From positions 1 to 42,148 of IMG/VR virus record IMGVR_UViG_3300032257_000037: a DNA stretch of 42,148 nucleotides. One strand, written 5' to 3'. Under the pieces are notes generated by a model that had not been told where the DNA came from, did not search any database, and was given only the letters and a program-made list of their open reading frames with translations. This stretch comes from a virus (Duplodnaviria; Caudoviricetes). Position 1 is the first letter of the stretch. Each line of letters starts with the position of its first letter. Both the position numbers and the translations under genes were made by a program. Of this stretch, positions 1 through 7,497 are shown in pieces.

Positions 1-127
1 TGGTTGCTGACTCATTCATAAGGAAAGCCGCCGCAATATCACGTTTTAACTCAGCCTTAGTATCCATAGAGAATTGGAAATCATAGTTTTTACCTAATTG
101 AAAGACTCCAATATCATCCTCTTTACC
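1..127. repeat. 127-nt terminal duplication (identical to 42022-42148); circular assembly overlap
   Basis: Positions 1-127 (tggttgctga...ctttacc) recur exactly at 42022-42148. The portal reading frame continues across the join. Confidence 0.95.
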
Positions 128-1069
128 AATCACAACATCAAGGTTATCAGATTCATCAATATCTTTAGCAAAAGTTCTACCATTTCTCTCATCAACTAAG
201 ATTAATGTTTTAGCCGCCGCAATAGAACCATCAGTAATTGAATGTGATAAGCTACTAAACTGTCTTAAGTCCTCGTAATAATCATCAACATAAGGTCTGT
301 GGTAAGCATCACCAACCATATAATTCCAACCAGTATACTTAAAAGGGAGTTTATCAGTAGTGTAGGTAATAGTTTTAGGCAATATGAAATCATCTATCTG
401 CTGTGTTACTTCCCATTTTTCTTCTCCATTAACTTTTTTAATCATAGTATAGAGTTCATATTCTTCTGTCTTATCATCTTCTAAAGACTCAAATCCAACT
501 GGAAGTTCATATAGTGTTTCAACAATACACATACATAAGGCTCTACCACGATTATCAAGCTTAACAACAAAAGAATCTAATGGGTGATAACGAACACCAT
601 CACCTTTTACTTTCTCTACAATAACACTACCAACAACTAACTCTTGAGCAATAACCTCAAACATAGTATCTCTAATAGACTGTGAATCAATCTCTTTATT
701 AATACTGCCAGTAGCCCTACTGATTGTTGAGTATATTGCGGCTCTAGCATCATCTTCTGCAACTTCTTCCTCAGATGCTACTTGTATATCTATTCCAGCC
801 GCTTCTAATTGTTCTGCTGTAGGGTCTAGCCTAAATGATGAACTTGCTGGTGGGAATAAAGCCATACCAATCTTAGCTTTCAAGCTATTAACAGCTCTAC
901 CACCGAATGATTGTCCGTACTTATCTTTCATAGCATCCGTACCAGTACCATTATCTCTAATTAAATATGGCAGGGTTAACTCAGCGTTTCTAATAGCTCT
1001 ATCAATAAATGGCTGTCTATCAGTAATACCATTATTGTAAAACTCTTTTGGTTCTAGTTCTTTTGCCAT
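1..1069 (-). CDS. Portal (head-tail connector), T7 gp8-like, 5' part; continues at 42021-41555 (about 511 aa in total)
   Basis: Not in the ORF track because it is split. ATG at 1069 has a TAATG overlap. It reads MAKELEPKEFYNNGITDRQPFIDRA...LTLPYL...QSFGGRAVNSLKAKIGMALFPPASSSFRL, a typical T7-like connector N-terminus, and is in frame with ORF 41555-42088. Confidence 0.92.
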   Translation of the reverse strand, partial: MAKELEPKEFYNNGITDRQPFIDRAIRNAELTLPYLIRDNGTGTDAMKDKYGQSFGGRAVNSLKAKIGMALFPPASSSFRLDPTAEQLEAAGIDIQVASEEEVAEDDARAAIYSTISRATGSINKEIDSQSIRDTMFEVIAQELVVGSVIVEKVKGDGVRYHPLDSFVVKLDNRGRALCMCIVETLYELPVGFESLEDDKTEEYELYTMIKKVNGEEKWEVTQQIDDFILPKTITYTTDKLPFKYTGWNYMVGDAYHRPYVDDYYEDLRQFSSLSHSITDGSIAAAKTLILVDERNGRTFAKDIDESDNLDVVIGKEDDIGVFQLGKNYDFQFSMDTKAELKRDIAAAFLMNESAT

Positions 1070-1308
1070 TATGTAATCCTTAGTGGGTTTAGAAATTCAT
1101 TAGCAGATGTTGGGGTTCTATCTTCTCTTTGTACACCAGCTTGAAACTTAGCACCAGCTTCTTCAACTCTAATATCTTCTCTTTGTTTTCTAGCTTCTTC
1201 TGCCGCTCTAGCCGCCTTACGTTCTTGCTCTTCTGCCGCATCTTTGGCTTCCTTACTAGCATATAATGTACTAGCAATACCTAATACTGCCGTTATAGCT
1301 CCAAGCAT
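1069..1308 (-). CDS. Small virion-associated protein (positional analogue of T7 gp7.3)
   Basis: 79 aa with a Gly/Ala hydrophobic N-terminus and a charged helix, immediately upstream of the portal; GAGGA RBS. Confidence 0.6.
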   Translation of the reverse strand: MLGAITAVLGIASTLYASKEAKDAAEEQERKAARAAEEARKQREDIRVEEAGAKFQAGVQREDRTPTSANEFLNPLRIT

Positions 1309-1470
1309 CTAATTATCCTCCCCAAGTTTCCTAAGCAATAAATTAGCTAGTGTCTGCTCACCAATCATCTTCACTCTGTCAAACTCTGGCATATCTTCAA
1401 GCACCATCTTATTGTTATAGTTTTTCTTTAGGTAGTCAGCAATTTCTTCTAGTGATTGAAACTTATCCAT
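1309..1470 (-). CDS. Hypothetical protein, 53 aa (MDKFQSLEEIADYLKKNY...), first gene of the late operon
   Basis: Translated manually. AAAAAGGT RBS, TGCTATAAT promoter upstream, and its stop abuts the next ATG. Confidence 0.7.
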   Translation of the reverse strand: MDKFQSLEEIADYLKKNYNNKMVLEDMPEFDRVKMIGEQTLANLLLRKLGEDN

Positions 1471-1488
1471 AACGATACCTTTTTATTT

Positions 1489-1504
1489 TGCTACAATTAT
1501 AGCA
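1489..1504. promoter_or_regulatory. Overlapping divergent extended -10 promoters (TGCTATAAT on minus, TGCTACAAT on plus)
   Basis: The near-palindrome TGCTACAATTATAGCA lies between the divergent genes 1470(-) and 1504(+). Confidence 0.65.
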
Positions 1505-1959
1505 TGAAAAAAGATTATTATAAACATAAGCCACCAAATTCAAAAGAATTGCAATCAATGTTCTATAGAGTAACTACTGTAGACAAGCAGACTGTAGAAG
1601 CTTTAAAGCATATATTCCTAGATGGTAATAGCAATAATGTAAGAGATGTTATGCTCAAACACACACAGTATTACCGCATTTGTTCTATGGCTAAACCAGC
1701 AATCGCTCTCTATGGCTATCACATCAACAATCCTCATAGGCACGAACACGATACAGACTATATAGTTGCTTGGATGTTGAGATATGCTAGGAATGTACTG
1801 CTAGATTATGATAATTACAACCAAAATCAAGATGAATATTACCACTTACCTAACAAATTTGTAACAAGACACAAGGAATATCTACTAACAGCACTAGAAA
1901 GAGATGCTAGGATAGTTGCTAGAAAGGCAAACGACATTGAAAGCCAAAGGAAACACTAA
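1504..1959 (+). CDS. Hypothetical protein (151 aa from ATG 1504), possibly leaderless; weak resemblance to a helical DNA-binding regulator
   Basis: ORF track gives 1456..1959, but the TTG start overlaps the opposite gene, so ATG 1504 is preferred. No SD before it. Confidence 0.6.
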   Translation: MKKDYYKHKPPNSKELQSMFYRVTTVDKQTVEALKHIFLDGNSNNVRDVMLKHTQYYRICSMAKPAIALYGYHINNPHRHEHDTDYIVAWMLRYARNVLLDYDNYNQNQDEYYHLPNKFVTRHKEYLLTALERDARIVARKANDIESQRKH

Positions 1960-2003
1960 GCTTACTAGGATTATACTTAGGCAGAGAGAGAAAAGGATGA
2001 AAA

Positions 2004-2408
2004 ATGAGAGTCTTACTATCCGCTATACTAATTTCAGCTACATTGTTTTCTGGTTGTAACAACAGACCATTTCAATTACCAGAGGGTCACGACCACCATA
2101 GAGATGATGCGTTCAGCTATGATGTTAAACACCCTATATTAAAACTATTCCTAAAGTATCCATTCATTGAGGCATATAATTCATTTGGTTCTAATGGTAT
2201 TAAGTACCTAGAGTTTGAATCATTATTTATAGCCAATATGGTAGATGATGAATTTAAAAGAATAAATGGGCATTTTACTGCTAGCTATACTGATGCTAGA
2301 GAGTTGGCTATAGAACTATTAAAACACTACCACTGTAAAGAAGAAAAGAAGAAATTGGCTAAAGGTTTACCTATTTACAAATATTCATACAAAGAATGTA
2401 AATTATAG
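2004..2408 (+). CDS. Lipoprotein, unknown function
   Basis: MRVLLSAILISATLFSGC lipobox; AAGGA RBS; TATACT at 1972-1977. Confidence 0.75.
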   Translation: MRVLLSAILISATLFSGCNNRPFQLPEGHDHHRDDAFSYDVKHPILKLFLKYPFIEAYNSFGSNGIKYLEFESLFIANMVDDEFKRINGHFTASYTDARELAIELLKHYHCKEEKKKLAKGLPIYKYSYKECKL

Positions 2409-2490
2409 GCTATAATGTTAATGCCCTCCGTGGGTACTCTCACTTTTTTCTCATTGTGGTAGGTTTCTCTCATTCCTGCCACATCTCCCT
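2408..2490 (+). ncRNA. Candidate small RNA or structured leader with CU-rich loops
   Basis: GGCTATAAT promoter at 2408-2416. Hairpins tgccc/gggta and tgtggtagg/cctgccaca with loop tttctctcatt. Confidence 0.4.
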
Positions 2491-2511
2491 AATAAAACTC
2501 AGGACAATACA

Positions 2512-2796
2512 ATGAAATACTTAGATGAAATAACCTATCAATTAGATACTATTCCTCACATGAACGGCTATGTATATTATGCTTTCCAAGCTATGCTATT
2601 TGATATACTTGAAAATGAAAATGTTAAAGTAGATGTAGATGATGTTGTTACCAATATAGTTGCACCAGCTATCAAAACTAAGTATGGGCAAACTATTGGT
2701 GATATAACTAAGTTAGTAGATTTCAGATATAACCAACCATTTATCCCTCATGAGATGGGCGATAAGATGATAATTACTTTTAGAGTAGGGGAATAA
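2512..2796 (+). CDS. Hypothetical protein
   Basis: 94 aa ORF with AGGA RBS. Confidence 0.7.
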   Translation: MKYLDEITYQLDTIPHMNGYVYYAFQAMLFDILENENVKVDVDDVVTNIVAPAIKTKYGQTIGDITKLVDFRYNQPFIPHEMGDKMIITFRVGE

Positions 2797-2797
2797 G

Positions 2798-2986
2798 ATG
2801 GATGATTTTCCTAACAAAATAGTTTGCAAGAGTATTAACATTGATTTTTCAGCCAAGTATCTTCATGTTTTTACTAACACTGATACCAAAGAATATATCT
2901 CCTTTAAATCAGAAGAGAGTTCTCCTAATAGAATGATGGTTAATAATGCTGTTATTGCTTTGAGTTCTAATAAGGTGGAACGTTAG
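2798..2986 (+). CDS. Hypothetical protein
   Basis: 62 aa ORF coupled to the upstream gene; GGGG RBS. Confidence 0.6.
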   Translation: MDDFPNKIVCKSINIDFSAKYLHVFTNTDTKEYISFKSEESSPNRMMVNNAVIALSSNKVER

Positions 2987-3640
2987 TGCATCATGTTGTT
3001 TGTATTGTTGTAAGGCTTGTTTAAGTAGTTTGAAATTGGGTGAGATATTCGAGTAGTGGTTTCAGCTAGAGGAAGGTTGTGTAATACACTTCATATGTGA
3101 GTGTTCCACGTTGTTAGTTTTAGATTTTAGTTAAGATTATTTTAAGTAGTTTGGATTTGCATGGGATATTCGGAGATAGGCTTCTGGCACACTTCACAAT
3201 TCCTATTTCCCCCGTATCCCCTCTCAAATACACTTTTTTCCATACCTAATTTCACTTTTCACACCACCACCACACTATATTTATTTATTTATTATCTAAG
3301 TTCATGCCCTCTAAATGTATTGAATGGTTAAATGGGTATGGTATTAATGTTATATGTGTGTAATGTGATGCTTAGTGTATGTTATGTGTGTTTAATGGCC
3401 TATTATGTGTGTGTTTAGTGTGTAATTTATATTTAGTATCTACCCAACAAAATCAACCCCCAAAAACCCTATATATATACTATAGTGTAAATCAAACTTC
3501 AAACAACAAAACAATACACTACTAAAACAAACAATTATCAAAAAGCTCAAACAACAAAACAATATACTACTAAAAAGAATTCAAACAATAACACAATATT
3601 CATACAACACTTAAGCAAATTCTAAGTTAACTATAGCTAT
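2987..3640. other. Long non-coding region with alternating strand skew and short repeats; candidate physical genome end or packaging region
   Basis: No credible ORF. GT-rich and AC-rich blocks with direct repeats lie just upstream of the early promoter. Confidence 0.5.
3499..3609 (+). repeat. 29-bp direct repeat tcaaacaacaaaacaata(c/t)actactaaaa, two copies plus a degenerate third
   Basis: Copies at 3499-3527 and 3547-3575 (1 mismatch) and a degenerate copy at 3581-3609. Confidence 0.85.
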
Positions 3641-3643
3641 ACT
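3611..3643 (+). promoter_or_regulatory. Early sigma70-type promoter (TTAAG...CTAAG...GCTATACT)
   Basis: TATACT at 3638-3643 with periodic TAAG elements upstream, followed by a hairpin-rich leader and the first early gene. Confidence 0.55.
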
Positions 3644-3829
3644 TTAACAGTTAGAAAGTTAGAACATCAACTTACTAGCAACCAACACAATGAGAGGCTA
3701 CCTCACTAAAGCAGTTGATTATCTCACTATAAAGATAACTAGGTTTAAGAAGCCGTTAAAACACTTATGAATTATTAGTTCATGGTATCTTGTTAGCAAG
3801 GTAACTAAACTAATAAAAAAGGGTAAAAA

Positions 3830-4159
3830 ATGAAATATGAAGATATTAAAAAAGAAATAGAGCTTGAAAATTTACAAGATGATAATATTATGTTAAAAGT
3901 CCTAAATGATATTTTTAGAGTGTATGAATTTGATAATAGTACATATTCAAACAATACAATAATAAGAGCAGTATTACAAGGCGAAAAAGAAACAAAATAC
4001 TTTATTATTTCAAACAATAATCTACTTCAAATAAAGAAAATAGGGAAGTATTTCGATTATCAAATAAATGGAAATACGGGCAAAAATACTAAATTTATTA
4101 AAGAGCTAGAGTTACCATTTGCTAGAAATAGTACAACTAAAATACTTGAAAGAATTTAG
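3830..4159 (+). CDS. Hypothetical early protein
   Basis: 109 aa; AAAAGGGT RBS. Confidence 0.75.
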   Translation: MKYEDIKKEIELENLQDDNIMLKVLNDIFRVYEFDNSTYSNNTIIRAVLQGEKETKYFIISNNNLLQIKKIGKYFDYQINGNTGKNTKFIKELELPFARNSTTKILERI

Positions 4160-4231
4160 CCTCTTAAGTGAGGGTATTAAATCATAATGTATCTTTAGGG
4201 GTATATTAAATTTAATAAAAAAGGGTACAAA

Positions 4232-4348
4232 ATGAACATTTACGAAATGATAGCTTACAAATTATCTAACGGAATGTATTTAGATGCTTACTGGCTAAGT
4301 GAGATACTATTTAACCACTTTCTTGCTACTGGCAATATATTATTATAA
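4232..4348 (+). CDS. Small hypothetical protein, 38 aa (MNIYEMIAYKLSNG...)
   Basis: Translated manually; preceded by the conserved aaatttaataaaaaagggta leader. Confidence 0.6.
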   Translation: MNIYEMIAYKLSNGMYLDAYWLSEILFNHFLATGNILL

Positions 4349-4358
4349 AGGGTATAAA

Positions 4359-4490
4359 ATGAGAGATTACATACTAATTCTACTGGGAACTATCACTATA
4401 TTAGTTCTAATACTTAATAATGAAACTGGCACGATTACAGATGAAAAAGAAAGAATAGCTAAGAAATATAATATTACATTATCAATATAA
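4359..4490 (+). CDS. Small single-pass membrane protein (43 aa)
   Basis: AAGGGT RBS before ATG 4359; hydrophobic YILILLGTITILVLIL. Confidence 0.65.
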   Translation: MRDYILILLGTITILVLILNNETGTITDEKERIAKKYNITLSI

Positions 4491-4564
4491 ATCTATAGAG
4501 CCTTATTCATAGGGTTCTAATAGGTCTATTATAGGCTGAAAATTTAATTTAAAAGGGTATAAAA
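4491..4564 (+). repeat. Early intergenic hairpin + AT-rich RBS cassette, copy 1
   Basis: Stem atctatagagcctt / agggttct-a-ataggt, then aaaatttaatttaaaagggta; similar to 5524-5598. Confidence 0.75.
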
Positions 4565-5233
4565 ATGAGATACGTTACTTTAAAATATGGTGAAGATTCT
4601 GAGGGTATGCTAGGGCTAAATGTTGTAGGTATGCCAATGATTAGTTATCCAATGGCGGCTGGAGAGGGTTTATTAATAGCTCACGATATTTTAGAGCACC
4701 AAAATGGAATTAGTTCTATTGGTAGTATAGGAGATGAATTAGAAGCACTAGGTGGTGTTTGGTATATTAGAGGGGAATTTAATGACCTTAGACGTGATAA
4801 TAGAGGCTCTATGTATTCACCAATTGAAAACCTAGCATCAGATATCGCAAACATGGCGGTTATGTATAATAGAGGTGTACCAATGAGAGTTAAAGTGCCT
4901 AACACTAGAGAACATGAGCAAGATTATGATTTTAAAGAGATGATTAAAATTGCTAAAAGAACAGCCACTCAAGAGATTAAAGGTATGGACGATAAAATAG
5001 ATTACAAGCTCTATGTTGAATATTTTGAGAGTGCATTACACTTGCTTAGAATGGGATATATGAAAGCTAAAAGACGCTTTAAATCTCAAACAAAAGCCAA
5101 TATAATGTTTTGGAATATTGCCGAAGCAGTAGATGAAATACTAAAATATGCAGAGTATGATGGTCAAGAATTTAGACTTGGATATGATGGTAATAATGTT
5201 GTGTATAATGAAATTTATGAGTGGGTAGCTTAA
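4565..5233 (+). CDS. Phage protein with HDxxEH...DELEALG putative metal-binding motif
   Basis: 222 aa; AHDILEH and GDELEALGG motifs; strong RBS. Confidence 0.7.
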   Translation: MRYVTLKYGEDSEGMLGLNVVGMPMISYPMAAGEGLLIAHDILEHQNGISSIGSIGDELEALGGVWYIRGEFNDLRRDNRGSMYSPIENLASDIANMAVMYNRGVPMRVKVPNTREHEQDYDFKEMIKIAKRTATQEIKGMDDKIDYKLYVEYFESALHLLRMGYMKAKRRFKSQTKANIMFWNIAEAVDEILKYAEYDGQEFRLGYDGNNVVYNEIYEWVA

Positions 5234-5234
5234 T

Positions 5235-5462
5235 ATGAAAACTTATGAGAAGATAGAACAATTAGTAAATACACGTATTAATGGTAACTCAATCAAGGGT
5301 AATAAAACATATGAGAATATGCTCAAGAGCGTAAAAGTTGTTGATATTGTAAACTATGGCTTAGATATGGGAGTAAATATAAATTATGAACCGAGCTATA
5401 AACCATCTAAATTATATTTAATAAACTACATAAAAGATATTTTAACTGGAGATTTTTTATAA
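5235..5462 (+). CDS. Hypothetical protein
   Basis: 75 aa ORF coupled to the upstream gene. Confidence 0.65.
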   Translation: MKTYEKIEQLVNTRINGNSIKGNKTYENMLKSVKVVDIVNYGLDMGVNINYEPSYKPSKLYLINYIKDILTGDFL

Positions 5463-5523
5463 TGCTCTATGATAAATATATGGCTAAATTACTTAGAATA
5501 GTGCTTAAACAGAACAAACAAAA

Positions 5524-5598
5524 TAAGCTTATAGAGTCCTAATTATAGGGCTTTATTAAGTCTATATGGCTTTAAAATTTAATAAAAAAGGGGTAATT
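5524..5598 (+). repeat. Early intergenic hairpin + AT-rich RBS cassette, copy 2
   Basis: Stem agcttatagagtcct / agggcttta-t-taagtct, then aaaatttaataaaaaaggggta. Confidence 0.75.
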
Positions 5599-5877
5599 TT
5601 GAAACGTGAATTAGGTAAATATTGTGGTGAGGTGAGATACTTTAGTGCAAAAGTAAAGAGTTTAGATAAATTCAAGCTCAACATATTACTTACTGATGTA
5701 TCAACTGTAACTGGCACGACTAATGATGCTCATGTATGGATTAAGTACACAAGCAAGCTAGAGGATGCAATAGGGAAAGTGATTACATTTAGGGCTGAGG
5801 TAGTCGAATATGATAGGTTAAGTGATGATACGACTGACTATACTTTAGATAAAGTAAGAGATTTAAAAATTATATAA
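5599..5877 (+). CDS. Hypothetical beta-rich protein (probable TTG start at 5599)
   Basis: ORF track gives 5566..5877; the conserved RBS motif precedes TTG 5599. Confidence 0.65.
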   Translation: MKRELGKYCGEVRYFSAKVKSLDKFKLNILLTDVSTVTGTTNDAHVWIKYTSKLEDAIGKVITFRAEVVEYDRLSDDTTDYTLDKVRDLKII

Positions 5878-5886
5878 GGGGATAAG

Positions 5887-6057
5887 ATGAAATTATGTAA
5901 ATGTGGATGCTTTATAACAAAACATAGCATCTCTAAAACATTGTGTGATGGGTGTTACTATAAATACCATAGAGCCAGAGATGAACACACAGAAACATAT
6001 CACGCTTTAAGATATAAGAAGATGGATAGAATGGCGACTATGAAAAAGGTGGATTGA
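5887..6057 (+). CDS. Small Cys-rich protein, 56 aa (MKLCKCGC...LCDGC)
   Basis: Translated manually; AAGGGG RBS; CxC and CxxC pairs. Confidence 0.6.
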   Translation: MKLCKCGCFITKHSISKTLCDGCYYKYHRARDEHTETYHALRYKKMDRMATMKKVD

Positions 6058-6058
6058 A

Positions 6059-6484
6059 ATGAGAGAGATTAAATTTAGAGGTATGGGTAAAGATGGTAAA
6101 TTTCATTATGGAAGCTTAGTTATTACTAATATATTCCTTAAGCACAAGCCTAAACAGCATACTAAAACATGGTTAGTTGAATCATCTTTTGGAAATGGTG
6201 GATGGTTTAACATAATGAAAAGAACATATATAATGCCTAATACCGTAGGGCAATACACTGGCTTAAAAGATAAAAATGGTGTTGAAATTTATGAGGGTGA
6301 TATAGTTGTAGTAAGGCGAGATGATTTAGTTTCTCCAGTTAGAGGTGCTATTCAATGGGATAATGATGGAGCTGACTATAACGTTAACACAAAAGATGGT
6401 TATTGCATTGTCGGATTTGGAGTATTAGATGATGAATATAAAGTAATCGGCAACATATACGAAAACCATGAGCTATTAGAATGA
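6059..6484 (+). CDS. YopX family protein
   Basis: MREIKFRG...TVGQYTGLKDKNGVEIYEGDIV...VIGNIYENHELL signature. Confidence 0.9.
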   Translation: MREIKFRGMGKDGKFHYGSLVITNIFLKHKPKQHTKTWLVESSFGNGGWFNIMKRTYIMPNTVGQYTGLKDKNGVEIYEGDIVVVRRDDLVSPVRGAIQWDNDGADYNVNTKDGYCIVGFGVLDDEYKVIGNIYENHELLE

Positions 6485-7251
6485 AGTATATAGCATGGTT
6501 TGTTATTATAGGCTCTATGATTATCATGCAATCTCACTCCATACCATTTTGGGAGAAAGTAACTAGCTCAACATGGAACGGATGGTTAAGTTCTATTATG
6601 GTTGAATCAGTAGCGTTATTATTTTGGTATCAAGGTTATAAAATACTAGCACCTCTAGCTACTTCTGTAGTTGTTGGCACTATTATATTTCAAATATCCG
6701 CACCAAATATAGATTTAATCATGGCTATAAGTGAGAACAAAAAGATTGATAATCAGATGCAAACAGTTGTAAGCGTACTTGATAATATTAAGGGTAAAGC
6801 TTATCCAATAACGATACAAAAGACACTCAAAACTTTAGAAGCATTGAGCGAAAAATCTAATAAAAAAGAGGTGAAATCTACAACGGAAATTCAAGTTTTA
6901 ATTATAATTGTTGAGGGAATAATGATATTTTTACTCCTATTTGCACAAATTAAAATGGTAGTGTTACTAGCTAAGAAAGAAAGTGTTACGAGTGTTACAG
7001 ATACGAGTGTTACGACCACACGTTACGAGCATACAACTACTTCTATTAACGATTTAGCTAGTGAGGTGTTACGAGAGTGTTACGAGTTTGGAGAGGTGAA
7101 TAAGTTACACTCGGAACGGGCAATTAGACTAAAACTTGATTTGAACCCTCCTGATTTTGAGAGATTAAAAAAAGTTATAAAAGATGGTGTTGGCATGAGT
7201 GAAAACAAGATGCTAGAGATAAGAGAAAAGATTAAAAATTATAAGGATTAG
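6481..7251 (+). CDS. Multi-pass membrane protein with C-terminal XRE-like HTH domain
   Basis: About 3 N-terminal hydrophobic segments, a helical linker, a 4th TM (IQVLIIIVEGIMIFLLLFAQI), an S/T linker, then SERAIRLKLDLNPPDFERLKK...MSENKMLEI resembling an HTH. Confidence 0.65.
   Translation: MKYIAWFVIIGSMIIMQSHSIPFWEKVTSSTWNGWLSSIMVESVALLFWYQGYKILAPLATSVVVGTIIFQISAPNIDLIMAISENKKIDNQMQTVVSVLDNIKGKAYPITIQKTLKTLEALSEKSNKKEVKSTTEIQVLIIIVEGIMIFLLLFAQIKMVVLLAKKESVTSVTDTSVTTTRYEHTTTSINDLASEVLRECYEFGEVNKLHSERAIRLKLDLNPPDFERLKKVIKDGVGMSENKMLEIREKIKNYKD
6961..7110 (+). repeat. Cluster of GTGTTAC(GAG) direct repeats inside the coding sequence
   Basis: Copies start at 6961, 6983, 6992, 7007, 7066 and 7077, with variants at 7020 (acgttacgag) and 7102 (aagttacac). 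Confidence 0.85.
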
Positions 7252-7253
7252 TT

Positions 7254-7430
7254 ATGAAAGTCAAAGAAGATATGATGCGAAAAAAAGAAAAAGAACCTAC
7301 CCTTTTTGAACAGATAGGACAAGACGTTAAAGAGTGTAATGAATTCATGCTAGGGTATGGCAGCAATGAAATCAAGCAAATTAAAGATGTATTAAAAATA
7401 CTAGAAGAGCAAGATAAAATAAAGGATTAA
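7254..7430 (+). CDS. Hypothetical protein, 58 aa
   Basis: Translated manually (MKVKEDMMRKKEKEPTLFEQIG...); AAGGA RBS. Confidence 0.6.
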   Translation: MKVKEDMMRKKEKEPTLFEQIGQDVKECNEFMLGYGSNEIKQIKDVLKILEEQDKIKD

Positions 7431-7497
7431 TTATGAGTTACGAACAAATGATAAATGAGAAGATGAAAGACATTACAAAAAAAGTAAAGGGTAAATA

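Noticed and set aside
3465-3492. Protelomerase (telRL) site
   Set aside because: The palindrome is short and imperfect, and no protelomerase gene is recognisable.
3499-3609. Mini-CRISPR array (with the PD-(D/E)xK nuclease as Cas4)
   Set aside because: Only 2-3 low-complexity non-palindromic repeats with unequal short spacers (19 and 5 nt). The nuclease lacks an evident four-Cys Fe-S arrangement and there are no other cas genes.
3650-3810. tRNA in the hairpin-rich early leader
   Set aside because: No T-loop GTTCRA or acceptor stem; treated as an mRNA leader.
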